A stretch of 64,000 nt of DNA from Selaginella moellendorffii (taxonomy: Eukaryota > Plantae > Lycopodiophyta). A model generated the notes under the pieces. That model did not search any database. It was not told where the DNA came from and saw only the letters and a list, made by a program, of their open reading frames with translations. Made by a program: the position numbers and the translations under genes. Positions 1 to 11,544 of this stretch are shown in pieces (positions within the stretch are counted from its first letter, which is position 1; each line of letters opens with the position of its first letter). The stretch covers positions 250,825 through 314,824 of the forward strand of contig NW_003314292.1 of assembly GCF_000143415.4 (NCBI RefSeq), given 5' to 3'.

Positions 1-760
1 ATCGTCCACAATGGCAGCAAGGTGATCGACATATTACCTGTGCTAAGAAGTTAGAGAGAGCCCTCTTCTCTCTCTCTCTCTCTCGGTACCTGCATGCTTC
101 GATGAAAGGATCTCCTCCGCACCCTTGCTCGTTCCTCACTGCAACGAACGCCAAAAGCCGTCCACCGCAAGAGATTGCAATGCCGGACTTGGTCTTCTCG
201 AGCACGAACTTGTCATCCAGGTACTTCTCCAGCAGCTTGAGCAGCATAAGGCGCCTCTGCTGCTCGTGAGCATACGCCTTGGACGACTCACGGCATAGCT
301 CATCCACAAACGCTGAATCCTGTGGGCGGACCTCGGTTTCTTGGCACGAATCGAGGAAGTTGGCGAAGACGGGAGAGATGAGAGGCAAGGGCAGGCCCTG
401 TGCTGTATCTGGGCGGCAGTTCAGGAAGACCGGCGGCTTCTTCATCTGATGCTCCAGCGTGAACTCAGCGGAATCCAAGGCAAGATGCGAAGGCGTGGAG
501 TTTTTGAGCCGGCGATACGCATCCGACTCGAAGTAGCTGGACCGGTCTCCATGTAACTGAGCGAAGAACTTGCTCACATTCTTGGCTAGCAGCGCGGGCA
601 CTCCACACACAAGAAGCTCTGCACAAGAGAACGTACGCAATTCATCCACTTCATCGATGCCCCCTTTCAGCAAAGCTTTCAGCGCTTTGTCTGCCAATTC
701 AGCTTTTCCCTTGGGGAGAAGCGACGCCTGGAAATCCCGCAGATTGCCCTCTCCCGCCAT
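1..760 (-). CDS. 5' part of a Crinkler-like / fungal-type REase-fold protein with a SAM-like N-terminal header; possibly a pseudogene; runs off the window edge
   Basis: Manual translation from ATG at 760 (not in the ORF track; frame stays open to the edge): MAGEGNLRDFQ...ALLKGGIDEVDELRTFSCAELLVCGVPALLAKNV (SAM-like)...FLNCRPDTAQGLPLPLISPVFANFLDSC...VDELCRESSKAYAHEQQRR...FVAVRNEQGCGGDPFIEAC. Likely GT-AG intron at 89-38. Confidence 0.55.
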   Translation of the reverse strand, partial: MAGEGNLRDFQASLLPKGKAELADKALKALLKGGIDEVDELRTFSCAELLVCGVPALLAKNVSKFFAQLHGDRSSYFESDAYRRLKNSTPSHLALDSAEFTLEHQMKKPPVFLNCRPDTAQGLPLPLISPVFANFLDSCQETEVRPQDSAFVDELCRESSKAYAHEQQRRLMLLKLLEKYLDDKFVLEKTKSGIAISCGGRLLAFVAVRNEQGCGGDPFIEACRYREREREKRALSNFLAQVICRSPCCHCGR

Positions 761-855
761 CCGCGACCAGGAGCCCTAAAATCGCTTCTAGCCTGGAGTT
801 CCACAACCCTAATTTAAAACCCAAAACCCTGATTTAGGGTTCTTGGGATGAAGCA
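761..855. promoter_or_regulatory. 95-bp bidirectional promoter with telo-box-like motifs
   Basis: Divergent ATGs at 760 (-) and 856 (+); contains CCCTAAA, AACCCTAA, AAACCC and TTTAGGGTT. Confidence 0.5.
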
Positions 856-2762
856 ATGGCTATGGCGATCGCCCGGTGTTCCTGGGCGCCCTGGCCCCCG
901 CATTTCCACTGTCGGCGGCTCCAGGTCGGGAATCGGGCGGCGGCGCTGCGTTTACAGGTGCGTGGAAGCCTTCGTTCGTTCGAATGAGAGCGATTGTTTT
1001 GATAGGCTCTAGGCACGAACAAGGCGGCCGTGGTGAAGCTAAAGAAGAAGAAGAAGAAGAAGAAAGTCGAGAAGGCTTCTTCGCAAGAGCCAGAGCATGA
1101 CGATAGCGAGGAAGGAGATTTCACTGACATTGTGGATATGGCGGAATGGATGAAGAACAAGCCCCCGGGATTTGGGATTGGAAAGGAGTATGACACTGCT
1201 CTCGAGGAGGAAATCTTGGAGGAGATGGACAAGGGGAGCGCTGGTGCGGGGGAGAAGAAGAAGAAGAGCTCCGAGAAGCCGGGAGATCAAACTAGTGCGA
1301 ATCCAATGGGAAGAATTTCGCTCAAGGATGGTAAAGTTGTGGAGGGGAGTGGCAACAAATCGACCAGGACGAGAAAGCCAGGCAAGTCTTAAAGTTCGTA
1401 TCTCGCAAGCTAGGAATCTTTTTTTCTTTCTTTCGTGCTCATGACTTGCGAAGAACTTTGCAGTAACTTTGATTGTATCACACAGAGCCACAAGTTGAAG
1501 GAATCAAGGTGAAAGTCACTCACTTACCAAGGAAGAAGAACATCTCAAAGGACTTGCGACTGGCTTACAAGGGAGTGCCCGGCCTTTTGCAAATCAGACC
1601 AAACGAACTCGCGAACAACAAGACACGGGAGCCTGTTTGCAAAGGATCCGCCATTCTCACTTTTGCCAAGGAAAGCAACGCGTTAAGGTGAGAAAATTCT
1701 CTTTCTTTGCTCCCTAAGCTGGTTTCTCTCTCGTTACAGATTCATGGAGAAGTTTAAAATCCGCAAGCTTTTGTTTGGAAAGCTGGAAAAGCTCCCGACT
1801 TACGAGCTGCACATTCCAAAGAACGAGAAGAAAAAGACGGCCAGTGACACTACTGTAGAGATCGGAGACGACGAAGCAGAAACAGGGATGGTATCAATCG
1901 CAGCGCCAGTTGAGGATGAGAGCTCACTTTTGTCGATGCATGATGCGTCAGAGGATCGTAGCAGTAACGACGAGGTACAGGAATCTGTAGCGGATGCAAT
2001 CATCGAAGACGAACAGGACGAACAGGACGAAGATTGTGATGACGAAGATGGTGACGAGGAAGAAGAAAACTTCGAAACGTCTTCTCTGGCTGTTGGAAGC
2101 AAACTTGAAGAATTTGAGGACAGTGAGGAGGAAGACGATGACTTTGGCGACGAGGAAGAACTTGAAAGCTCCGGAGAATGGGTCGAAGAAGAAGAAGATG
2201 AAGAAGATGGCGAGGGAGATCATCACGATCAAGCTCTCGAGGCTAGCAGTGACAACACACACTTTGTGGAAGTTGACGTTTCGGTGCCATTGACCGCAGA
2301 AGATCTCGGCGGTGATCCAGACGAGGTGATCTTGAGCAGCAACGCGAGAATTCTGGAGCTGGATACGGAGATAAGCAAGCTCCGGAAGATCGTCAAGAAG
2401 AACCGAAAGAAATCGTCGGTGGCAGAGCTGGAGCAGCAGATCCTCAAGCTGCGAGAGGAAAAAATCGAGCTTTTGGAGAAGCGAGTTCTTGCTCGAATCG
2501 TCGCCGCCAGGGAAGCTTTCAAAGCTCGACGCGAGAAGAAGAAACTGGCCGCCGCCGAGGAAGAGTCTTCCAAAAGATCTGGAAGGTATGTTTCTCATGC
2601 ATTTTTTTTCTTTCGATTCACCACATTGTTTCCAGCGATCGATCAATCGATCGAGCTATTCTTGCTTCCTTGGACTAAAAAAATCGAAGTTTTTTTCGCA
2701 GTCGCTTGAGAATGGACGACGAGAAGTTCCGCGAAGTCGTCGCCAAGCACTTCTCGAGATAG
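856..2762 (+). CDS. Plastid-targeted RRM-like RNA-binding protein with a long acidic linker (multi-exon)
   Basis: Transit-peptide-like exon from ATG 856; motif WMKNKPPGFGIGKEYDTALEE; RRM-like VKVTHLPRKKNISKDL...PVCKGSAILTFAKE; Asp/Glu-rich tract; last exon SRLRMDDEKFREVVAKHFSR* ends at TAG 2762; GT-AG introns. Confidence 0.7.
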
Positions 2763-3184
2763 AAAGTAAAAAAACGACGTTGACCCTCACACTGTTAAAA
2801 CCAGCAAAGAGAGGGAATATACGCCGGCAATTTCTTCTTCCTCGTCAAGATGTGGACTGGAAACCCTAGCCAGTGAGACATCCATCGATCGAGAGGAGCG
2901 CGAGGCGAGCAACGCGCTCACGGAAGAATCTCCGTGAATGCGCCCAAGAGCAGCACTGGATTTGGCTCCATCCGGCGTGCATTCAAGGCGTCCTCACGCT
3001 GGCGCTGGCGCTGGCGCATTCGCCACTCCCAGGTACAAAGATTTCTCGCCCGCCGCGGAGAGTCGAGGGTGAATCGCTCGAATCCGTGGCCAATCGATGC
3101 CCGCACGGCCTGGCGCCGTGGAGCCGAGGGTTTGCTTGCCAGAGCTAGAGGTAGAAAGGAGCTAGGAAGGGGAAGATCCAGGGA

Positions 3185-5233
3185 ATGGCGGCGCTGGACG
3201 GGGAGGAGCGTGTTCTAGCCACGGCACAGCACATTGTGAGATCGCTGGGAACCACAGATGCCACGACCGACGACATGATAGAGATCCTCTCCAAGTTTGA
3301 CAATCGCTTCCACGAGCTCCTCTCCAAGAAGACGATCGCGAGCGCTTCTTCGACGTCGGAGCTCCCGGATGGCTTCGCGGATAGCCTGGATGCCGCGGAG
3401 GAGGTGATCATGCGCTGGGACAAGGCCTCCTCCGACGCTGCGTGGACGAAGATGATCTGGGATTCGAATGACGACGCTGTGGACTACCTCCACGCCGTGG
3501 ACGAGGTCCAGAACATCTTGGAGAGCTTGTCACTCTCGCAGAGAAGAGCCGGGGTGGAGCGAGCGCAGACTTTGCTCCACGTCTCCATGGCTCGGTTGGA
3601 GGACGAGTTTAGATGCCTGCTCGAGACGACGAGCGGGCCAGTGGATCCAGAGCGGCTGCTCGACTCCTTCGCGAGCTCGTCCATGGCTGCTGCTGCGTCC
3701 TCGTCTTTCAACTCCAACTGTGACGACGATGGTGAAGGGTCTTCCATCGCGGGGACCTACCGTGACGAGGAGGGCGAGAACAGCTCCGACGATGACAACG
3801 ACGAGGACGTTCCTGTTGCTCGGCCAGTGACCGACTTGAATCCGGTGATCGAGCTCCTGCCACCCGACGTGGTGGAGAGTCTCAACGATATCGCGAAGAG
3901 GCTCGTCCAGGGGCACTGCAAGCTCGAGTGCTGCCAGATTTACGGCAGCGTGAGAAAGGTGGTGCTGGAGGAGAGCCTACAGCGGCTGGGGATGGACAGG
4001 CTCGGCATCGACGAGACGCAGCGGATGCCGTGGGAGCTGCTCCAGAACAAGATCAAGAAGTGGATCCAAGTCATGGACGTTGGCGTCAAGGTGCTGTTCG
4101 CGAGCGAGCGGCAGCTGTGCGACCAGGTGTTCGAAGGCATCCCCGGCGGGGTGGAGGAGAGCTGCTTCGCGGAGCTGGCCAAGGGGATCATGATGCAGCT
4201 GCTGTGCTTCGGCGAGGCGGTGGCCATCGGCAAGCGGGAGACGGACAAGCTCATCACCATCCTCGACATGTACGAGAAGCTGCGGGACTTGCTGCCGGAG
4301 ATCCACTCCATCTTTTCCGGGGAGAGCTGCCTGAGCGTCCGAGAGGAGGCGTCCGGGGTGCTGCTGCGGCTGGGGGAGGCCGCCAAGGGGACGTTCGCCG
4401 AGTTTGAGAACGCGGTCCAGCGAGATCCTCCAAAGACGCCGGTGCCTCGAGGAGCGCTCCATCCGCTCACTCGCTACGTGATGAACTACCTGCGCTTCCT
4501 CCTGGTTTACGTCGACACGCTCAAGAAGCTCTTCGGGGAGAAGCCGGCGGTGCCAGTGGTTCCCGGTGACGAGTTTGCTCGCGGCGGCGGTGGCTACTAC
4601 GGTAGCAGCGACGAGTACTACCACCACCACCACCAGTACTCGAGCGTCCCGGCGGAGAACACGTCCCCGCTCGCGGTCCAGTTCATCTGGATCATCCACC
4701 TCCTCGAGGCCAACTTAGACAACAAGTCCAAGCTCTACAAGGATCTGGCGCTCACGAACCTCTTCCTCATGAACAACGTGAGATACATCGTCCAGAAGGT
4801 GCGTCACTCAGAGCTGAGCTCGCTGCTGGGCGACGACTGGATGCGCCGCCACTCGGCGCAGGTCCGGCAGCACGCCAAGAGCTACGAGCGATCGGCGTGG
4901 GTGAAAGTTCTTGCCTGCCTCAAGGACGAGGGGATACGATCCGGGGGGAGCTTCTCCACCGGGGTGTCCAAGGCGGTGCTCAAGGAGAGATTCAAGAGCT
5001 TCAACAGCGCGTTGGAGGAGATCCACCGGACGCAGTCGGGGTGGTGCGTCCCGGACTCGCAGCTGCGGTCGGAGCTGCGGATCTCGGTGGCGGAGAAGCT
5101 CATCCAGGCGTACCGCGCGTTCCTGGGGCGGTATAAGATCTACCTCGAGAGCGAGAGGAATCCGCAAAAGTATATCAAGTATACGCCCGAGGAGCTGGAG
5201 AAGATGGTGAACGATCTGTTCGGTGGCTCCTAG
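3185..5233 (+). CDS. EXO70: Exocyst subunit Exo70 (intronless)
   Basis: 682-aa ORF with MARLEDEF, GALHPLTRYVMNYL, LFLMNNVRYIVQK, LKERFKSFN, KYIKYTPEELE. Confidence 0.97.
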   Translation: MAALDGEERVLATAQHIVRSLGTTDATTDDMIEILSKFDNRFHELLSKKTIASASSTSELPDGFADSLDAAEEVIMRWDKASSDAAWTKMIWDSNDDAVDYLHAVDEVQNILESLSLSQRRAGVERAQTLLHVSMARLEDEFRCLLETTSGPVDPERLLDSFASSSMAAAASSSFNSNCDDDGEGSSIAGTYRDEEGENSSDDDNDEDVPVARPVTDLNPVIELLPPDVVESLNDIAKRLVQGHCKLECCQIYGSVRKVVLEESLQRLGMDRLGIDETQRMPWELLQNKIKKWIQVMDVGVKVLFASERQLCDQVFEGIPGGVEESCFAELAKGIMMQLLCFGEAVAIGKRETDKLITILDMYEKLRDLLPEIHSIFSGESCLSVREEASGVLLRLGEAAKGTFAEFENAVQRDPPKTPVPRGALHPLTRYVMNYLRFLLVYVDTLKKLFGEKPAVPVVPGDEFARGGGGYYGSSDEYYHHHHQYSSVPAENTSPLAVQFIWIIHLLEANLDNKSKLYKDLALTNLFLMNNVRYIVQKVRHSELSSLLGDDWMRRHSAQVRQHAKSYERSAWVKVLACLKDEGIRSGGSFSTGVSKAVLKERFKSFNSALEEIHRTQSGWCVPDSQLRSELRISVAEKLIQAYRAFLGRYKIYLESERNPQKYIKYTPEELEKMVNDLFGGS

Positions 5234-5588
5234 GAAAGACAGAGTATAAGACCTAAGGTTTAACGGCATCTTTTCAGAATCTAGGGTTTAGGTTCATATG
5301 AGTTAAAAATCCTAGACTTCCCAAAAGATGCTAGTATTTTTAAAAAAAATGTATATGTATATTCCTTAATGTACGGATTAAAACAATATCATTCTCATAA
5401 AGTGAAAATCGCGAAATTATACATATGAATGCCCAATGTAACTTTTAAATCATTTGCCTCCCCAATGACTCCATTGTAAAATTTAACTATATGCTTTTAA
5501 CATTTCAAAAGCACAGTGTCTATATCGTTCACTATGGCATTGCAGGGATCCACCTGTTACGCTCTGTAACATGCAAAACCTATTATAA

Positions 5589-5821
5589 TCCCAAAAATGC
5601 TAGTATTTTTTAGAATCTAGGGCGTGAAGAGAAGCATCTTTTGGGGAATCTAGGGCTTGCAAAGATCGCTCCCAAAAAAAAGTTGGTTTATCAGGAGATT
5701 CCACTTCTCCAGTCCCAAAAATGCTAGTATTTTTTAGAATCTAGGGTGAAGAGAAGCATCTTTTGGGGAATCTAGGGCTTGCAAAGATCGCTCCCAAAAG
5801 AAAGTTGGTTTATCAGGAGAT
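5589..5821. repeat. Tandem duplication, ~124-bp unit, two copies
   Basis: tcccaaaaatgctagtatttttt...gttggtttatcaggagat starts at 5589 and 5713; partial copies near 5266-5340. Confidence 0.85.
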
Positions 5822-7328
5822 CTTGTTCGCATTTTCGCAGGTATGTGATGCGATTTAGTTCCGACGAGGTGAAAGGACGAGCTAATGGAAAAAACGTGGC
5901 ACGCTAGTGGAGGAAAGAAAGGATCGCTCGCTAGTGGACACCATGATCCGGCGAGAAACGAATATGAATCTCTGGGATTTTTTTTTTTTTTTTTTTTTCC
6001 TTTCTCTGTCCGTGGGTTCCTCTTTATTTTCTTTCGTGTGTGATTTCCAACCAGACTACCTGGCTGCCACGGCAAAGTTTTTTCGCGAGATTCATCCGGC
6101 CAGCCAGCCAGCAAACACCAAAGGAGTGGCAATAATTGTGGCATCGAAAGGGAAGAACAGTGCGAGAACAAAACAAAGGTAGGTAACGAGCAAAGTTTTT
6201 TTTTTTTTCACTTCTTCCTCGAATGGATCCACTGACTCGAATTTACCCGCAAAGCTTCTTGGACAGCGCGAGAACAAAACAGGGAGTCTCGCAGAGAGGT
6301 AGAAAGTTTCTCACTGCTTCTGCGAGCTCCGAGAATTTTTAATCGTGGAGCTTTTTTGGAGCGATTCTCAACTGTCGGTGGCCACTGTTTAGAAAACAGG
6401 CAAGTCGTCGACGAACCCTCATTCATTCCCCGATTTTTATTATTCTATGGATTTTCAATGTGGCTGTTGATGGTTTCTTATATAGTTCTTGCAGAGATTC
6501 CAATATCGTTTTGTTTTGGTTGTTTTTTTTTCTCTTCAGGACCACAAGCGACTGTGCTTCACCAGCTGGGATTGAAAGCCACTTGTAACAACCAACAACA
6601 ACAGGCACAGTCGCGAAAAAGGCAGAGGAGGAGATAAGAAAAACGAGAAGAAAAATCGATGGATGTTTGGCCGGAGGCGGACAAAATCTGTACCCGGAAA
6701 TTTGGAAGAGGTAAAGTAAGCTCTCAACCTTGCTTGAGATCTTGGTTTTCTATGATCGCGCAGGGCCAAATGGGACCTTTTTCCTGCTGGACGAATTGAA
6801 AGATGGGAGCCAAAAAAAAAAAGGAAAGAAAAAGAGAACACAAGGAAGACGACGAACAATTGAGGAACCCGTGTCTATTATTGCGCGAGGCCGGCCTTCT
6901 ATCCCATCGCTGTGAGTTGTGTCCGATCTACGCAAAGAGGTACATGGTTTTGGATTCTCGGTTGATTTTTCCTGTTTCCTTTTATCTCCAAGCTTGTGGA
7001 TGTGAATATCCATCCATCTTCTTCCGAGCAACAGGTACTTGGCTTTACGACTTGGTGCGAGCCGAAAAAATCCGTCTTTTGGTTGACTGACTTTGGATCG
7101 CTTCCATCTTTCTTTCTCGGCGCAGTTAATTCGCTCGGACGGACTTCCTGGAGCTAGAATTTCGGTAGCTCGCTCGAATTGAATACGATCAAAGGTGTGT
7201 GTGCACCATTTTTTCAAAGGTTTCTTCCAGGAAAAATTGGTTTTTTCAAGGAAAAATTGGTTTTTTTTTTCAGGAAAATTTTCTATCTGTGACTCAGAGT
7301 TTTCTCCCTCCTTTCCGGGAGAGAATTC

Positions 7329-7820
7329 ATGATGGGGGACAAATGGAGCGGCGGGGTGACCCGAATTGTGGACGCCCCGGCCGCCAAGTTGTGGGAGCTA
7401 GCCTCGGATTTTTGCGGGCTGTGCAAGTGGATGCCCCTGATCGAGGAGTGCCGGCGCATCCAAGGCGATGGCGACCGAGCTCCCGGCTGCGTGAGGCTCG
7501 TCGTAGGGACCTCCCTCCCGCGCGATGACGGCCAAAAGTCCTGGATCACGGAGAAGCTTGTGGCTATGGATCCCAGCGCTCGCTCGTTCACGTATGTTCT
7601 CGAGGATGGCAACATCGATCCACTGTCGAGCGGCTACAGTTCCACTTTCACGGTGTCGGCGAGCGAGCAGGACTCGGCAAAGTCGAGGGTGGAGTGGAGG
7701 TTTGAGATCTCGCGCTGCGAGACGAAGAACTCACGCGAAATTATCGAGTTTATGGAGGCTGTTTTCGCCAAGAACATCGCCTCCCTTGTTCTTGCCGCGT
7801 CAGAGTTGCAAGAGAGCTAA
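7329..7820 (+). CDS. SRPBCC/START-fold polyketide cyclase-like (lachrymatory-factor-synthase-like) protein
   Basis: KWSGGVTRIVDAPAAKLWELASDFCGLCKWMP...PGCVR...WITEKLVAMDPSARSFTY...SRVEWRFE. Confidence 0.9.
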   Translation: MMGDKWSGGVTRIVDAPAAKLWELASDFCGLCKWMPLIEECRRIQGDGDRAPGCVRLVVGTSLPRDDGQKSWITEKLVAMDPSARSFTYVLEDGNIDPLSSGYSSTFTVSASEQDSAKSRVEWRFEISRCETKNSREIIEFMEAVFAKNIASLVLAASELQES

Positions 7821-8571
7821 AGTAAGAAGAATATAATCAATCAACTCTCTCTCTCTCTCTTTCTAAGCGAGCGAAATCACAAAAAGAATGGGTTGAAATC
7901 GTGTTTCGTTCAAAGGGGAAAGCTGGAAGAACGAGTAAAGTACTCCAAAGGATATATATACAGCAGTACTGTGAAGGCAATGGTCGCACTCGCGGGAATT
8001 ATATGGTTTCCCTCAATAGAGGGTGATTGTACATGCACACATAGATACCGTTGGAATAAGTAAAAGGGAGAAAAGACGAAAAAGATACGTGGTGGTCTGC
8101 CCTAACTTAGAACAAATGGCCCGAAAAGGTGGCGGCCCCAGCTAGGGTATACGTCTTTGACAGGGAGAGAAGAATGGAACGCCAAGTACTACACTAGCTA
8201 GCGTGGAAAAGCAACGGCCTAGGATAGGGAGGCCTATCTAGGGCTCAGATCTTTTCTACGGCTAGATTTCGCCACCACCCTGCGAGGAGAGAAAAAAAGA
8301 AGATGACCACTTTAAACTCTCCCATGGGGGAGCGGTACTTTGACAAGGACAATCCTATATATACGAAGGGTTATAACTCCACAATATCTAAGGCATACCT
8401 CCCTCGGCAAATACCTTGGATGTTATCAAATGCTTTTGTACGGTGTGTGTCGTTCGACCGTTCCCACACTTGAAAGGGATCATCTCCTTTTCCAATCACC
8501 GCCGTACTGCCCTAGTCGCTCGCTTTTATCTATAAAAGATGGGAATGCAGGGGCCGTACCGTACGGGGCGC

Positions 8572-8854
8572 GGGGGGGGGGGGGGGGGGGGAGGGTTAAA
8601 AATTTCCCCCCACGCCGTCCAGCTGGGATTGATTCGCGAGCGGGTCTATCAATCGGTTTCGGAGAAGGGGAAAGGTGGCGGGGCTTTAGGGCTAAATCGA
8701 ACTTTGCAACTTGCTACTTGGGTGGCCTGGAGAATCTCGACGAACTTTATATGGAGGTTGAAAAGTTGCGATTGATTTGCTCGTGGCCTGATTGTCGATG
8801 ACCTTTTCTTCCTTCCTTTGACACCCGCACACACCCACACACACACACACACAC
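8572..8854. repeat. Poly-G run (~20 nt) and (CA)n microsatellite
   Basis: G run at 8572-8591; CA repeat at ~8836-8854. Confidence 0.85.
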
Positions 8855-9911
8855 AAACACGAGCGGACCCAGTTTTATATAATTCCGTGCACTAAGCATG
8901 TGATCAACGAGCCCAATGCGTGTGTGAGTCCGAGAAAGACTAGCGACCCTGTGTGATTGTCCTCGCTCGCTTAGCACTAAAAACATGCCATCCAGCTGAT
9001 AATAATATCAATTAGCCCAAAACAAGAGGGGAACAAACAACAAGCCCCCAAGATCGCCCGAGATCTTTGCCTTTATCGTAGCGAACCTTGACAAGGTACC
9101 ATACACTTGTTTAATCTCTTAGCACATTGTACCTTTTTACCCCATATAAAAATCTATCAAAGCGAAAGAATCGATCTACGCAATCCGATGCCCAATCAGA
9201 ATCTTCCCCAACTAAACAAAAATGGCGTGGCCTGGGCCTATCCACGTCGCCGATGTAAGCAACCAGGGCCGTTGATCTGTCGCATTGTTGATATTTGTAT
9301 AGCGCAACGTGTGGGACTCTCTAATGGCCAAAAGGCCAAAGAGAAAGAGGACCGCATTATAAGATCTAGAGTTTAAAACGTGAATATTTCCGAAGGTCCA
9401 AAGTCGTGGGTATCAAAAAAAGGTGCCTTGGAGGATCAATGCTATTGGGTTTAATAAGCCTTGGATTAGCCAATGCCCTAAGGGCATAAAGAGTCTTTAT
9501 CGGTGTGAGTAAGTTAAACTAAACACTGTGGTGATTCGATCTCCAGTTAAATTATTGTTTACCGAGGTCTTGTTGCGTCTAATTTTTCTTTTTTTCTCTT
9601 TTTTCTAATCTATCTACTGGTGCTGAGTTCGATCCACCAACCGCAAGTGGGCGTCCCTTTGATTGATCAAAAAAATTTCTTCTCAAACCATGTGATATTT
9701 TTTCCACGAGGGGAGGCGTGGCCACTCCCAATGCCAAAGAAATATATATTTCCTAATGTCTCACTATATGGAGAAATATGCACACGATACATCTATCAAG
9801 TGTCATAGACTTATAGTATAGCCACATCGGTATCGGCCAATGTACGGAAGTGGACCAAAACTTTGGGCCCCCCGGCTGCACGTAAGCCGCGCAGTACAAC
9901 GTCCCATCCCC

Positions 9912-10126
9912 AATCCGACGGAGTACGGCGGGCCACGTTCGTCGTCCGCCGTTCGTGTGTTGGGACATCTCCTGCCGTCGGATGGAGCCGGATCCGACGG
10001 CAGGATTCGTCCACATCGTGGCGGGATCGGGAGTGGGCATCTCGACGGCTGCGAATCCGCCACGCGGCGGCGCGGGAGTGGCGGAATGCCTCGCCGCTCT
10101 GGCCGTTGGATGGGGCCGATCCGACG
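9912..10126. promoter_or_regulatory. GC-rich cluster of ATCCGACGG-like motifs, including a perfect 14-bp inverted repeat, upstream of AP2
   Basis: tcctgccgtcggat-N8-atccgacggcagga at 9970-10005; related ccgttggat-N7-atccgacg at ~10103-10126; aatccgacgg at 9912. Confidence 0.45.
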
Positions 10127-11544
10127 ACCTGGGATTCGCTTTCGGAGATTAGGCCTTATTTTTCGTTCTTCCTGTGCTGCTCTCGCTGTCTTGCGATAGT
10201 CGCCGAGCTAAAAGCGCGCGATCGCAGTGGCCCAGCGCAGAGATTAGCAGCGGCAGTAGCAGCGCCAGCAATCCAGACTCCAGAGGCAGCGATCAGAGTG
10301 AGAGCGAGAGAGAGAGGGAGGAGCGAGCGAGTGAGCGAGAGCGATGAAGTGTGTGAATGAGGGCAGTACGCACGTCGCGGATTCGCCAGGGGGGAGGAGC
10401 TGCGAGAAGAACAAGGGAGGAGGAAGATCAAGAGGAGGGCTTTCTTTCTGGCATTCAAAGATGTGATCTTTCTACAGGTGAAAATCACTGCTTGTGACGC
10501 TCATCACTCCCATTTTCTTCCAAATCTCTCTTTTCTTTCCTTCTTCTTCCCTTTGTCCCTTCTTCGCTTCTGCTGCAAACAACAACGCCATCCTTGCTTG
10601 TCCCAGCTTTTGCCGGAGGCTTGTCCGAGCTTCTTAATTTGGTTTGCGTTGTTGACCCAATCAATCCATCCGTCACCCTTGCTCTTCCCATTTTTTCTCG
10701 TCTCGCCATCGATCAATCAATGCCATACTGGGTGATCAGATAGATGCATAGATTTAAGCTTTGCCACTTATGGGATCACCGACGAAATATCAGCTTTTCC
10801 TTTTCTTCTTTCCACTCCGGCTTTGGCGAGCTGCCTGTCAATTGATCAAACGTTGGCCACTGCTGCTGTGCTCCAAGGATTCCATTCCATCGCTGTTATG
10901 AGCTGAGCTGAGGATTGGAGCCAGCATTCTTTTCTCTCGCTCACTTTTCTCCGTTCTTCTTCCATCATTTCCTTCCACACTGCTGCCCGACAACTTGTCA
11001 CGGCTTCGTTGGCTTCTCGAGTGTTCCGTTCTGCGGCACTCCAGCGCGTTTGTCGATTTGTCCATAACCTCCAAGCCCAGACTCCATCCATAGCTATACA
11101 AAAAGCTTCCACTTTCTTTGATCATCTCTCCATTTCTTTCTCGAGAGCTTCCATCTTTTCCCTCGGCCAGTTGCGAACAACTAAGGCAGCTAGCAGACAA
11201 ATGTGGAAGCTTTAAGAATTGACAAGGGCCTATCTGGTTTTTCTGGTTTTGTACAACAATCCATCGCTCCCACAGCAAAGAAATGCCGAATTCTCCTCCT
11301 CCTCCTCCAAACATCTTCCAACAGTCCTTCCAGCCAAACCAGCGAATGGGATTCTTGAGAGTACTGCTGGGACTGGGACAGTGGTAGCGAAAGTTTTCTC
11401 CGTTTCCTATCTTTATAATCTCTCTGGCTATGGAGGACAGGATGATGGAGAGATAGTCTCGTCGAGAAGCAGCATAAAAGTGAAAAAAAAGAGACAAGAA
11501 ACCTTTGAGAAACGAGATCCTAGGAAGGAGTTCTAAGGAAGAAG

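Noticed and set aside
3215-5269. Many overlapping alternative-frame ORFs in GC-rich genes (also at 24853-26042)
   Set aside because: Expected by-products of high GC3 codon usage.
5886-6637. Possible small spliced gene between Exo70 and the SRPBCC gene
   Set aside because: Splice-like signals exist, but no recognisable protein can be assembled.
7329-7820. ABA receptor PYR/PYL call
   Set aside because: Lacks the SGLPA gate and HRL latch motifs.
10838-11536. ORFs upstream of AP2 (219 aa antisense; 105 aa sense)
   Set aside because: Low-complexity leader sequence, non-ATG starts, no homology cues.
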